A stretch of 64,000 nt of DNA from Candidatus Kuenenia stuttgartensis. Its GTDB lineage: Bacteria; Planctomycetota; GCA-002687715; CAIWVZ01. Positions 44,480-53,771 of the stretch are shown in pieces (the first letter of the stretch is position 1; each line of letters begins with the position of its first letter). Location of the stretch: the NCBI GenBank assembly GCA_945860915.1, contig CAMARR010000001.1, positions 287,277 through 351,276 on the forward strand, given 5' to 3'. Below the pieces are notes generated by a model. It made no database searches. It saw only the letters and a list, made by a program, of their open reading frames with translations, and was not told the origin of the DNA. Made by a program: the position numbers and the translations under genes.

Positions 44480-45847
44480 TTAATCCTCGGGCAGGAAAAG
44501 CACGGGGACCTGCCCTCCCCCAGATGTCACGTTGCTGATGGCACCCGCCGCAAGGCGGGCCAACACTCCGTGAACGCGTCCAAAATGCAGATACGGGTCG
44601 ATATCGACCGTCATCGTATGTTCCGTCAAGCCATCGTCCATCAAGGGGAACGGTTCTTCGAGCGGACTCACCCGGTGCTGAAGCACCCAATCCCCCGAAA
44701 GTGCTGTTTTGAGGGCAGATTCAAACTCAGACTCGGTTCCAACCCACCCGAGTGTGACGCCACGTCCGCCATATTCATCACTAGGCTTTAAAACCAGCTG
44801 CGACCGATGCGCAACCGCCCAAGGAAGGAGGTCGACCATTCGACCATCCGGGTCGGGGACCTTGGCATCCTGGACCTTGCGCGTCCAGGGCACTGTCGCC
44901 TTGATGACACGGCGCTCCTCATGGCTAAGCCAATCAGTGCCAATGGCATCGCCGTGTAGCAGCGCGAAGGTAACCTTCTTGTGAAGCAGCTTTGAACGGA
45001 ACGGATTGACCATCACTACCTCGCCGGCAGCTGACGCGTCACCTAGATTCCGAACCTCGTTTTCACGTTCGAGATACTCGTTCACCAACAGGCGTCGATA
45101 CACGACATCGACGGGAACACCCTTCGCAACCAGACGCCCGTTTTGCCGCGTCAAGTTCCTCGGGTCCTCAAGCACACATGTATACCCGGCCATCGACCAG
45201 CGTTCGACGAGAATCTGAAACTCGCTCAACGTCGCGACGTCGAGATAGTCCGTGACAAGAATGGTTGGCTTACGAGACTTCCCCGCCGCGCGCCACGCCA
45301 TTAACAGATGGTCGAGGACGGGGGGCGATGTGGGTACCGTCGAGGCTCCGGTCAGCCGAACAATTTCTTCGATCAACGGGTGCTCTAGGAATGTCTCCGT
45401 GATGACATCACCGTACCCGGGCCCCGCGGGTACCTCGCCGTTGAGTTCCACGAACTGAAACCCATTCGGGGTGTCAAATGCATCGAATCTCGCGAATGCC
45501 ATTGGATCGGGACACAGGGGCCGGGGCAGACAGAGCCGAAGTTCGCCTTCGGTGAGTCCGATGAAGGCTTGGACACCCTTGTCCTCTAGAACCCGGTCGG
45601 CGATGCGCCGACAGGCGCCGCTGAGGACCGAGCAAACGTAGTCGAGGTAGCGGAGGTCTCCGCGGGAAAGGAACTTTGGTCGAATCGTCTTGACTAGGTC
45701 TCGACCACCGTAGGTCGCCTTTCGATCCCGCAATTTGGCACGAAAGGCCGGCAGGCTAGCGAGCGTCTCGTCACGACGGCGGTTCAGCGCACCGCGGAAG
45801 GTTTCAATCGGATTCGTCACTTGTACGCATGGTAAGAGGCGACACAT
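44480..45847 (-). CDS. ATP-grasp-type amidoligase (circularly permuted ATP-grasp / glutathionylspermidine-synthase-like)
   Basis: 455 aa. FARFDAFDTPNGFQFVELNGEVPAGPGYG, MVNPFRSKLLHKK, LVLKPSDEYGGRGVTLGW. The resemblance is judged by eye only, and the subfamily is uncertain. Confidence 0.6.
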   Translation of the reverse strand: MCRLLPCVQVTNPIETFRGALNRRRDETLASLPAFRAKLRDRKATYGGRDLVKTIRPKFLSRGDLRYLDYVCSVLSGACRRIADRVLEDKGVQAFIGLTEGELRLCLPRPLCPDPMAFARFDAFDTPNGFQFVELNGEVPAGPGYGDVITETFLEHPLIEEIVRLTGASTVPTSPPVLDHLLMAWRAAGKSRKPTILVTDYLDVATLSEFQILVERWSMAGYTCVLEDPRNLTRQNGRLVAKGVPVDVVYRRLLVNEYLERENEVRNLGDASAAGEVVMVNPFRSKLLHKKVTFALLHGDAIGTDWLSHEERRVIKATVPWTRKVQDAKVPDPDGRMVDLLPWAVAHRSQLVLKPSDEYGGRGVTLGWVGTESEFESALKTALSGDWVLQHRVSPLEEPFPLMDDGLTEHTMTVDIDPYLHFGRVHGVLARLAAGAISNVTSGGGQVPVLFLPED

Positions 45848-45897
45848 CCGCTGTCCACTTCATGGACGAAGCGGGCAAAACCGCATAGCATCGACAC

Positions 45898-47802
45898 GTG
45901 CGCGTCCTCCACATCACATCCGAAGCTGTGCCCTTTGCCAAAACCGGTGGTCTTGGCGACGTAGGCGGAGCGCTTCCTACGGCTCTTGCCGAGCTCGGCC
46001 TCAAAGTCGCGGTCGTGATGCCCTATTACAAGAAGGTTGCAAAGCACGCAGCCTCATTGACGCGCATCCTGAGCAAAGTCGATTGTCCCTTCGCCGGGGC
46101 TGCAAGACCGTTTTCCCTTTGGCAGGGGTACTTGCCCGGTGCGATTCGAGTCCCTGTTTGGTTCGTACGTAACGAGGGCATTTTCGAGGTCGGCGATGAT
46201 CTCTACGGAACAGAGCCCGGCTCGTACGGCGACGGCCACGTTCGGTTCATCTATTTCGCAGAAGCTGCGATTCGGGTTGCGAAGGCTGTCGGATTCCGCG
46301 CGGACATCGTTCATCTTCACGACTGGCAGGCCGCACTCGTTGCTCCTCTCTTGCGCACTCGCTGGAGAAACGACCCAGACCTGTCGTCGGCAGCCACCGT
46401 GATCACGATCCACAATCTGGCCTACCAGGGTGTATTCCCACTTGCAGACCTCGAAGCTGCGTCCCTCCCTAGCGAATTGCTGGAAGAGGGGCGTTTACTT
46501 AAGGACGGGACCGGGAATCTGCTGGCTGGCGGCCTCCGATTCGTCGATGGCATTTCCACGGTATCGAGAACCTACGCGCAGGAGATTCTGACACCCGAGT
46601 TTGGAAACGGACTGGACGGTCTGCTGCGGTGGCGGGAACCCTTGCTCGATGGAATCGTCAACGGTCTCGATACGACTGCGTGGGATCCCGAAAACGACAC
46701 GGCAATTGCCGCGTCCTATTCAAGCTCGGATCTTTCCGGCAAGTCGACGTGCAAGTCGGCGCTTCTCAAAGCTGCCGGACTCTCAGACCAAGGCGGTCCC
46801 GTGTTCGGCGCGGTCGCGCGACTCGTAAGCCAAAAGGGACTTGACCTCTTAGCTACGGCGCTTCCGCCCATCTTGAGGGCCCGTCCAGACGCCCGCGTCG
46901 TAATTCTCGGGACCGGCGAACCAGGCGTTGAAAATGCGCTCAATGAAGTTCAGGCGGAATTCCAGAACCAAGTTTGCGTGTGGCTGAAGTTCGACGACCC
47001 CCTTGCACACCGAGTAGAAGCCGGCTCGGACTTTTTCCTCATGCCGTCGAGATTTGAGCCCTGCGGTCTGAACCAACTCATCTCGATGCGCTACGGCACT
47101 CCGCCGATTGTCCGCCGCACTGGAGGCCTTGCCGATACCGTGACGGATGCGTCGCATGAGAATCTGCTGGCCAACACGGCGACGGGCGTTGTATTCGACG
47201 AATCGACGCCAGCTGCGCTTCAGTCGGCGATCGAGCGCGCTCTCATTCTCTTCGACAACGGCAATCACGTCGCCATGGCGAAAGCCGGGATGTCGACGGA
47301 TTGGTCCTGGGCACGTAGCGCACGCGAGCACATCCTCTCTTATGCGCGTGCAACGGAGAGAAGGACCGGCGGATCTCAACATCTGCATGAAGTTCTGCCA
47401 TCGGCGGCACCGGAGCCAGCCGAACCGTGGCTCCCGCCCCTTCCGGAAATCCCGGACTCCCACCAACGCGACACCCTTTACGCGACTGCTCGGGATCCAT
47501 GGACGGTGTTCGCGCTCTGGGAAATCGGTGGAGAAGAATCAACTCAACGATGGTTGTCTCTCTCGGCTAATGAACGTGCGAACGTGACATACACGTTGCG
47601 TTTGATCAACGCGCATACGCGCGTTTTTCACGATATTGACGCTGGCGGGTTGGCGAAGGAGTGGATGGCGACGGTGGCTCCAGACACGACGTTCGAAGTC
47701 GAATTACTCGTCGCGGTTCCGGGTCGTCCGCTGGAACGCATCATGACTAGTGCCCCGGTGACGACGCCGCCGACGCCTCCGGTCGAGGCGGCCATTTCAT
47801 GA
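45898..47802 (+). CDS. glgA: Glycogen synthase GlgA with ~150-aa DUF4912-like C-terminal extension
   Basis: GTG start. MRVLHITSEAVPFAKTGGLGDVGGALP and FLMPSRFEPCGLNQL (GT5 core, about aa 1-485). The extra tail contains ARDPWTVFALWEI. Confidence 0.9.
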   Translation: MRVLHITSEAVPFAKTGGLGDVGGALPTALAELGLKVAVVMPYYKKVAKHAASLTRILSKVDCPFAGAARPFSLWQGYLPGAIRVPVWFVRNEGIFEVGDDLYGTEPGSYGDGHVRFIYFAEAAIRVAKAVGFRADIVHLHDWQAALVAPLLRTRWRNDPDLSSAATVITIHNLAYQGVFPLADLEAASLPSELLEEGRLLKDGTGNLLAGGLRFVDGISTVSRTYAQEILTPEFGNGLDGLLRWREPLLDGIVNGLDTTAWDPENDTAIAASYSSSDLSGKSTCKSALLKAAGLSDQGGPVFGAVARLVSQKGLDLLATALPPILRARPDARVVILGTGEPGVENALNEVQAEFQNQVCVWLKFDDPLAHRVEAGSDFFLMPSRFEPCGLNQLISMRYGTPPIVRRTGGLADTVTDASHENLLANTATGVVFDESTPAALQSAIERALILFDNGNHVAMAKAGMSTDWSWARSAREHILSYARATERRTGGSQHLHEVLPSAAPEPAEPWLPPLPEIPDSHQRDTLYATARDPWTVFALWEIGGEESTQRWLSLSANERANVTYTLRLINAHTRVFHDIDAGGLAKEWMATVAPDTTFEVELLVAVPGRPLERIMTSAPVTTPPTPPVEAAIS

Positions 47803-49454
47803 GCCTTTTTGAATCACGGTCCGCGGTCTGCGTCGTACTTCATGGCCATCTGCCTTGGGTGCACCACCCGGCGCACCCCGACTTCCTTGAAGAGGATTGG
47901 TTTCTCGAAGCGCTCGTAGACTGCTACTTGCCGTTGCTGTTCGTTCTCGACGACTTGCACCGAGACCGCATTCCGACTCGACTGACGGTAGGTCTTACGC
48001 CGCCACTACTCGAAATGTTTAGGGCTCCCGTGCTCATGGAGAAGGCGGCGGGACACCTCGACCGCCGTGTGGAACTGGGCCACGCTGAGCTCGACCGCCT
48101 TGGCGAAAATGATCCGCTGTTCGCCGCCGCGGAGCACCACCTGCGCCGCGCCGTTCAGATGCGCGACTACCTTGCGTCTGAACGAGGTGACCTCATCGGA
48201 GCATTCCGTCGGCATCTCGAAAGCGGGTCGCTTGAAATTCTAGCCTCGACCGCCTCCCATGCGGTGTTGCCTCTTGTGCTAACGAAAGAAGCGCGTCGCG
48301 TTCAGATCGCGTCGGGCGTTACTGCATACCGCGAGGCCTTTGGGAGACGTCCGCGCGGCTTTTGGCTCCCCGAGTGCGCGTTCACGCCCGGCCTCGATCG
48401 TGACCTCGCTGAGCATGACATCGAATGGACCGTTCTCGAGACCCATGCGGCTCTCACAGCAACACCACGTCCTGCAACCGGTGTCCACCGTCCGCTCACG
48501 CTGCCATCGGGTATTCGAGCATTTGCGCGCGATCCCGAGTCGTCGCGGCAAGTTTGGTCGTCAACGTCCGGATATCCTGGCGATCCCGACTATCGCGAAC
48601 TCTATCGCGACCTCGGCTTCGACGGCCCCTACGACCATATTCGCCCGTGGTTACATCGCGACGGCATCCGTCGCAATCTCGGATTTAAATACCACCGCAT
48701 TACGGGCAAGGTTGAACTCCACCAAAAAGAACCATGGAATCCTATTGCCGCCAAGCTCAAGGCAGCTGAACACGCACGACACTTCGTGCATGCGCGCGCA
48801 GATCAGGTCCGCCGACTCAGGGCGGAAGGCATCGCGACACCAGTCATCACCGCACCGTATGACCTCGAATTGTTCGGCCACTGGTGGTATGAGGGTCCGT
48901 GGTTTCTTGAACAGATCTTTCGAGAAGCGGCCCGAACTCCGGGACTGCCGTTTGCCTTCGCATCCCCGACCGACACTCTGCGAGACGCTATGCAGGAAGT
49001 CACGGCGAATCCGCCGCTTTCCACATGGGGCCGCAACGGGTTCCTTGAGGTCTGGCTCAACGATGGGAACTCGTGGATCCTGCGTCACCAGCATGAAATC
49101 GAACGCCGCATGATCGAGGCAGCACAACGCCATCGGACACCCAGTCCAAGCCAGAAGCGATTGTTGGATCTCATGGCACGCGAACTTATTCTGCTCCAAT
49201 CATCCGACTGGGCCTTCATCCTGACGATGGACACGGCTGCACACTATGCCGAGCAGCGTGCGCGAGGACATGCCGATCGCTTTTATCGCATCGAGGCCGC
49301 CCTGAGCGGGGCTGAACTTGAGGACGACTGGCTAGATCGAGTGGAAGCGGAAGACTCGTTCCTGCCTGGGCTTGATTACACGGCGTATGCGGGTGCACCC
49401 GTAACAAACTCGCGTCTCACAACGGCGGCGCGACCCTCCCGATCAAAGATCTAG
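47799..49454 (+). CDS. GH57-family 1,4-alpha-glucan branching enzyme (DUF1957-containing)
   Basis: 551 aa. VVLHGHLPWVHHP, WLPECAF (nucleophile Glu region), APYDLELFGHWWYEG (acid/base Asp region). ATGA overlap with glgA. Confidence 0.85.
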   Translation: MSLFESRSAVCVVLHGHLPWVHHPAHPDFLEEDWFLEALVDCYLPLLFVLDDLHRDRIPTRLTVGLTPPLLEMFRAPVLMEKAAGHLDRRVELGHAELDRLGENDPLFAAAEHHLRRAVQMRDYLASERGDLIGAFRRHLESGSLEILASTASHAVLPLVLTKEARRVQIASGVTAYREAFGRRPRGFWLPECAFTPGLDRDLAEHDIEWTVLETHAALTATPRPATGVHRPLTLPSGIRAFARDPESSRQVWSSTSGYPGDPDYRELYRDLGFDGPYDHIRPWLHRDGIRRNLGFKYHRITGKVELHQKEPWNPIAAKLKAAEHARHFVHARADQVRRLRAEGIATPVITAPYDLELFGHWWYEGPWFLEQIFREAARTPGLPFAFASPTDTLRDAMQEVTANPPLSTWGRNGFLEVWLNDGNSWILRHQHEIERRMIEAAQRHRTPSPSQKRLLDLMARELILLQSSDWAFILTMDTAAHYAEQRARGHADRFYRIEAALSGAELEDDWLDRVEAEDSFLPGLDYTAYAGAPVTNSRLTTAARPSRSKI

Positions 49455-50530
49455 GGATCCGTTGACGAAGCCTGCGGAGCCGACGACCACTCTTTCCAAA
49501 GTGCCTGGGCAATCGCCATGATCACCGGCCCAACGAAGAGTCCCAAGATTCCGAATGAGGCGAGTCCACCAAAGAGCGAAAACACCACAAGAACCAGCGG
49601 CATCTGGGTGGCCTTACTCAGAAAGACGGGCCGGATGATGTTGTCAATCGACGACACAACTCCGAGGCACCAACCAAACAGGAGCGCGACATGCCACCAA
49701 GGCGCACCGCTCGCGAGTAGCGCTAGAGTGGCAGGCGTGTAGATCAAGAACGGACCAAATGGGATAAACGACGCCACCGTTGTCACGCCAGCAAGAAGTA
49801 GCGGGACGGGAACACCGGCTATCCAATAGCCCAGTCCGGCAAGAATGCCTTGAATGACCGCCGTGAGCACCATGCCGTACACGGCTCCACGCACGGTCTC
49901 ACGGGTTGTCTCGAGAAGTGACTCGATTCGCTTGCCGCCGAGGCGCACTGCGCCTCGCTTGAAAGAAGAAGCGATCCGTTCTCCGTCCCTATAAAAGAAG
50001 AAACAGGTGAACAGGCACAGGACTGCTCCGAGGAGGCCGCGAATCAACTGCTGTCCGAGACTCCCCGCGGTGCGCAGAAGATCAGCGTTCAGTGCCTTAA
50101 TGACACTGTCGCCGGCTGCATGCTGGGACTTCCAATCAGCAAACCACTGGCTGATGATCGGCCCGAGCGTCGGAATATTCGTCACGGCCTCCGGTAGTTG
50201 GGGAGAAGGCCCAGCAAGCCATGCATCGATGCTTCTAACCGCACCGACCGCTTCTTCGGAGGCGATCCGTATGACAAAGCCAAATGGAACGAAGATCACG
50301 GCTGCCAAGACGATCGTGGCAATCATCGCCGCAACATGACGCCTTCCCCGAAGTCTGCGATCCAGCATCTCAAAAATCGGCCAGGTCGACATCACAAGGA
50401 CCAGTGCCCAAGCGATGGAAGACAAGAACGGCTGAATGATCGTAAACAGCCCGACCACCAATAGACCAAGTGCGGCGATGGCGAGGAGCCGGCGGATTCG
50501 TTCGGTTTGAAAGTCGTCAAGCATGATCAC
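49451..50530 (-). CDS. AI-2E family transporter (PerM/UPF0118)
   Basis: 359 aa, about 8 TM segments. Conserved C-terminal block IPFGPFLIY...LGGLASFGILGLFVGPVI. Confidence 0.85.
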   Translation of the reverse strand: MIMLDDFQTERIRRLLAIAALGLLVVGLFTIIQPFLSSIAWALVLVMSTWPIFEMLDRRLRGRRHVAAMIATIVLAAVIFVPFGFVIRIASEEAVGAVRSIDAWLAGPSPQLPEAVTNIPTLGPIISQWFADWKSQHAAGDSVIKALNADLLRTAGSLGQQLIRGLLGAVLCLFTCFFFYRDGERIASSFKRGAVRLGGKRIESLLETTRETVRGAVYGMVLTAVIQGILAGLGYWIAGVPVPLLLAGVTTVASFIPFGPFLIYTPATLALLASGAPWWHVALLFGWCLGVVSSIDNIIRPVFLSKATQMPLVLVVFSLFGGLASFGILGLFVGPVIMAIAQALWKEWSSAPQASSTDP

Positions 50531-50557
50531 GCATCCGGAAGATTTGAAACTGGATGA

Positions 50558-51370
50558 TCATACGTTTCCAGGAGCCTTGATGCAGGAGGATTCCCAAGTT
50601 GACTTAGGAATGGGCACTTTAATCCCACTAGGGAGCACCGCGTAGTCGAAAGGAATTCCGAACGCAGCCTCAAGCGCCTCCGCAGTCAGGACTGACGCCG
50701 GGGGGCCACCCGTCGCGGCGCCATCAACGTTCAAAAGCCATGCAGAGTCGGCACGCATCGCTAGGTCGAGGTCGTGAGTCACAACAAGTGCAGTGATCCC
50801 GTCAGCCACCAAACCTCGCAAGAGCAGCCAAATCTCGATGCGGTGCCTTGGATCAAGGTGCGAACTTGGTTCGTCGAGCAAAAGAAAAGACGAACCCGAC
50901 ACGAGGGCTTGAGCGAGTCGCACTCGCTGAAACTCGCCGCCCGACATCCGACCGAGCCGACGATCCGCCAGGCTATCCGCACAACAGCGCTCAAGCGCTC
51001 TGCGAGCCTCGGCCACATCGACGGACCGGTCAAACGGCCACAGCCCTTGAAGTGCGCGCCGCCCCATCAGCACCAACTCGAGTGCAGTCAGCGAGGACGG
51101 CATGCCTTCGTTCTGAGGGAGGTAGCCGATCAGTGAAGCGCGGGCGGCCGGAGGCAGTTGATGGGGGTCTACACCACCCAATTCCACGGAGCCGGAGAGT
51201 GGCGCTCGAATGGCAGCAATGGTCTCAAGCAACGTCGACTTCCCCACTCCGTTGCGACCAAGCACCACTCCGAGCGAACCACGGTTCAAGACGAGGTCCG
51301 CTCCACGTACGGTCGGTGTGTGGACCGCATGTCCGACGCTCAGCCGCGACAGCTTAATTCCATCAGCCAT
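50558..51370 (-). CDS. ABC transporter ATP-binding protein (iron-siderophore/cobalamin FecE/BtuD type)
   Basis: Walker A GRNGVGKSTLL, signature MSGGEFQRVRLAQAL, Walker B LLLDEPSSHLD. ATG 51370 overlaps the permease stop by 8 nt. Confidence 0.85.
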   Translation of the reverse strand: MADGIKLSRLSVGHAVHTPTVRGADLVLNRGSLGVVLGRNGVGKSTLLETIAAIRAPLSGSVELGGVDPHQLPPAARASLIGYLPQNEGMPSSLTALELVLMGRRALQGLWPFDRSVDVAEARRALERCCADSLADRRLGRMSGGEFQRVRLAQALVSGSSFLLLDEPSSHLDPRHRIEIWLLLRGLVADGITALVVTHDLDLAMRADSAWLLNVDGAATGGPPASVLTAEALEAAFGIPFDYAVLPSGIKVPIPKSTWESSCIKAPGNV

Positions 51371-52382
51371 CGAGACCCGCTCGCTCTCGATCGAGGTTTC
51401 GAAGCATGATAAGGAAGAGTGGACCACCTATTGCCGCCGTAAGGACACCTGCGGGAAGCGGCTCACGCCAGAGAGACTGTGCCGCCATGTCGGCCAACAT
51501 GACGAACGCCGCACCGCCGAAAGCGGCAACCGGCACCGTCAGACGGTGATCCGGGCCAATGGCTAGGCGCGTCAAGTGTGGCACAACGAGTCCGACGAAT
51601 GGAATCGGGCCAGCAAGAGTCACCGCCGCTGCAGTTAGCGCTGACCCCGTCACAAAGAACTCGATTCGGAGTCGATTAACCGAAATGCAGCCTCGCGCGG
51701 CCATTTCATCTGAGACCGCCATCAAATTCAATTCGCGCGAGCGCAGGAGAAGGTGTGTCAGAAATACAAGCACGCTTGCCGCAGACAGGAGCAACGACGA
51801 TGAGTCGAGCGACTCGGGAAGCCCTCCTACCAACCACCTCAGAATCCTGTCGCGATCCGATGGTGCCGCCACGAGGTTAATGAACGTGATGACAGCTGAC
51901 AGCGTCGCATTGGTAATGACGCCTGCCAACAGAAGCGATGTCGAAGAGAGCTTGCCGTGCCGTCGGCCCGCGAGAAACACGATGACAACAGCACCGAGAC
52001 AGCCGAGGAATGCCCACGGTCCGACGAAAGTAGCGCCAAGCGAAAGAGCGAGTGCGGCACCGAGCGATCCCCCCGACGACACTCCAAGAACAAATGGCGA
52101 AGCCAGCGGATTTCGCACCAGCACCTGAAATGTCACTCCGCCCAACGCGAGAGCTGCTCCCGTTATGGCTGCAGCTAAGGCGCGTGGTAGTCGATAGTCC
52201 ACAACCTTTTGGTAGTCAAGTGATTGGTGATTGAGAGCCAGAACCTCGCTTAGGTTGACGTGAGTCGGTCCGACGGCCAGTGCGCAGACGAGAGCAGAAA
52301 CCGCAATCAACACCGCGATGCCGGTCAGCCGAACAGCACGCCTAAGCGTTACACCGTCATGGTCCATGGATTGTCTCCGCAA
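51363..52382 (-). CDS. FecCD/BtuC-family ABC permease
   Basis: 339 aa, about 9-10 TM segments. RNPLASPFVLGVSSGGSLGAAL and PIPFVGLVVPHLTRL blocks. Confidence 0.85.
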   Translation of the reverse strand: MRRQSMDHDGVTLRRAVRLTGIAVLIAVSALVCALAVGPTHVNLSEVLALNHQSLDYQKVVDYRLPRALAAAITGAALALGGVTFQVLVRNPLASPFVLGVSSGGSLGAALALSLGATFVGPWAFLGCLGAVVIVFLAGRRHGKLSSTSLLLAGVITNATLSAVITFINLVAAPSDRDRILRWLVGGLPESLDSSSLLLSAASVLVFLTHLLLRSRELNLMAVSDEMAARGCISVNRLRIEFFVTGSALTAAAVTLAGPIPFVGLVVPHLTRLAIGPDHRLTVPVAAFGGAAFVMLADMAAQSLWREPLPAGVLTAAIGGPLFLIMLRNLDRERAGLDG

Positions 52383-53283
52383 GAGCTTCTGCTGCTGCGT
52401 AGAATCGTGGACCAGGTCGAACCAAAACCGGCGCGTGTGCGACGAAGACTCGCCCTTGCTTTACTGCAGGGAAATGAGGGAACCGTCGCCAAAACACATC
52501 AGCTTCAGTTACATCGGCGGCCCCGCCACCGAGGGACAGGTCGAGAATCACATCGGGTTTCGTTTCAGCGAGTGCCTCGGCTGACATGGCTTTCCATGGA
52601 CCGCCACCCGCTGGCGCGACGTTCGTCGCATGAATCGTTTCGAACAACGAATCGAGAAACGACCCATCGCCAATCACGTAAAGAGATCCCTGCCCGCGAT
52701 CCAAGACGACTAACATCGAGATCGAGGGACGCTCGCGGAACCTCTTCTGAATCCGCACCTGCTCCTTTTGGAGCTTCTCCACCAACTTCTCGCCACGTGA
52801 ACGCACCGCCAGCGAGTCTGCGACTTGTATGATTCCAGCGAACGCGGAGTCGGCCTCTGTTTCGGGGGCGACCACGTTGAGTTTAAAACTCTGGGTCAAA
52901 GCCTGACGCACGTCGCCAAGTTTGGGCCACATCACCACGAGGTCCGGTCTTAAGTCTGCGATTTTCTCCGCCGAGAGCGTCCGCTGATCGCCGACTGAAG
53001 GCAGGCGTCTTATGGACTCAGGCCAATCACTCCAACGATCGCGCCCGACGAGTCGATCCTCGAATCCGAGAGCACACAACGTCTCGGTGAGACTCGGGAT
53101 AACACACACCAAACGTTTCGGCGCGTTCTCGGGAATCGGATCACACGCTTCCAATGTAGGAAACGGGACGTCGAACGTCGCCGCTGCAATGACGCGCACC
53201 GTGCTTCGCGGAACCGGCGGTTTCGCGCACGTTGAGGCCAAGATCACGGCAAGAAGGATGAATGCGGGGTGGCGCACAGGCAA
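52357..53283 (-). CDS. Periplasmic binding protein (BtuF/FhuD-like, Fe3+-siderophore/cobalamin class)
   Basis: 308 aa. Signal peptide with Cys (ILASTCA). VCVIPSLTETLCALG and PDLVVMW blocks typical of class III substrate-binding proteins. Confidence 0.8.
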   Translation of the reverse strand: MPVRHPAFILLAVILASTCAKPPVPRSTVRVIAAATFDVPFPTLEACDPIPENAPKRLVCVIPSLTETLCALGFEDRLVGRDRWSDWPESIRRLPSVGDQRTLSAEKIADLRPDLVVMWPKLGDVRQALTQSFKLNVVAPETEADSAFAGIIQVADSLAVRSRGEKLVEKLQKEQVRIQKRFRERPSISMLVVLDRGQGSLYVIGDGSFLDSLFETIHATNVAPAGGGPWKAMSAEALAETKPDVILDLSLGGGAADVTEADVFWRRFPHFPAVKQGRVFVAHAPVLVRPGPRFYAAAEALAETIHGP

Positions 53284-53313
53284 AGCAGGTTAACGCGTCC
53301 GCTCCCCCCCTCC

Positions 53314-53341
53314 TTGAACCCCCCGCGCAGCCTGATATCTT
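53314..53341 (+). promoter_or_regulatory. Candidate sigma70-type promoter of tRNA-Ala
   Basis: TTGAAC (53314-53319), a 16-nt spacer, TATCTT (53336-53341). The mature tRNA 5' end lies 20 nt downstream. Confidence 0.3.
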
Positions 53342-53360
53342 CAGCACCGTTCGTTTTCCC

Positions 53361-53433
53361 GGGGGATTAGCTCAGTTGGGAGAGCGCCACAATGGCATTG
53401 TGGAGGTCAGGGGTTCAACTCCCCTATCCTCCA
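53361..53433 (+). tRNA. tRNA-Ala (anticodon GGC)
   Basis: Hand-folded cloverleaf. Acceptor GGGGGAT/ATCCTCC with the G3:U70 Ala identity pair. Anticodon stem CCACA/TGTGG with loop ATGGCAT. T-arm AGGGG-TTCAACT-CCCCT. Discriminator A. CCA is not encoded. Confidence 0.95.
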
Positions 53434-53441
53434 TCCGGGAT

Positions 53442-53479
53442 GAGGCGCCCCGTCGCAAGACGCGGGCGCCTCAATCTTT
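53442..53479 (+). terminator. Strong GNRA-capped hairpin after tRNA-Ala
   Basis: GAGGCGCCC-CGTC-GCAA-GACG-C-GGGCGCCTC (13 bp with one bulged C) followed by AATCTTT. The U-tract is short. Confidence 0.5.
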
Positions 53480-53600
53480 AGGGGGCCCCCCCAATTGGCT
53501 GCCTTGAACTCATCGAAGGTGAGTGCCAACATCCCCGTCCGCCAGATCGGCCTCAACTCGGCTGAGTGAGCTCGCTCTCGCGCAAGAACGGACAAGACCC

Positions 53601-53762
53601 ATGGCAAAGAAAGACTCCTACGAAGTCGTCTTCCTCACGTGCACGGAGACGGGCGAACGCAACTACACGGTGCGTCGCAAGCTCAAGGGCACGAAGCTCG
53701 AGCTCATGAAGTACTGCCCGAAACTTCGTAAGCACACAAAGCACATCGAGAAGAAGAAGTAG
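53601..53762 (+). CDS. rpmG: 50S ribosomal protein L33
   Basis: MAKKDSYEVVFLTCTETGERNYTVRRKLKGTKLELMKYCPKLRKHTKHIEKKK, 53 aa. ATG 53601 lies inside the longer track ORF. Confidence 0.9.
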   Translation: MAKKDSYEVVFLTCTETGERNYTVRRKLKGTKLELMKYCPKLRKHTKHIEKKK

Positions 53763-53771
53763 TAGAAGAAG

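Noticed and set aside
53284-53360. Possible cobalamin riboswitch upstream of the BtuF/FecCD-type ABC operon
   Set aside because: Only 77 nt are available, and I see no B12-box-like sequence. A cobalamin riboswitch needs about 200 nt.
53361-53433. tRNA-Ala as an integration site of a genomic island
   Set aside because: There is no integrase and I spotted no duplicated tRNA 3' segment. The flanking genes (ABC importer, rpmG, cutA, lolDE) are ordinary core genes.
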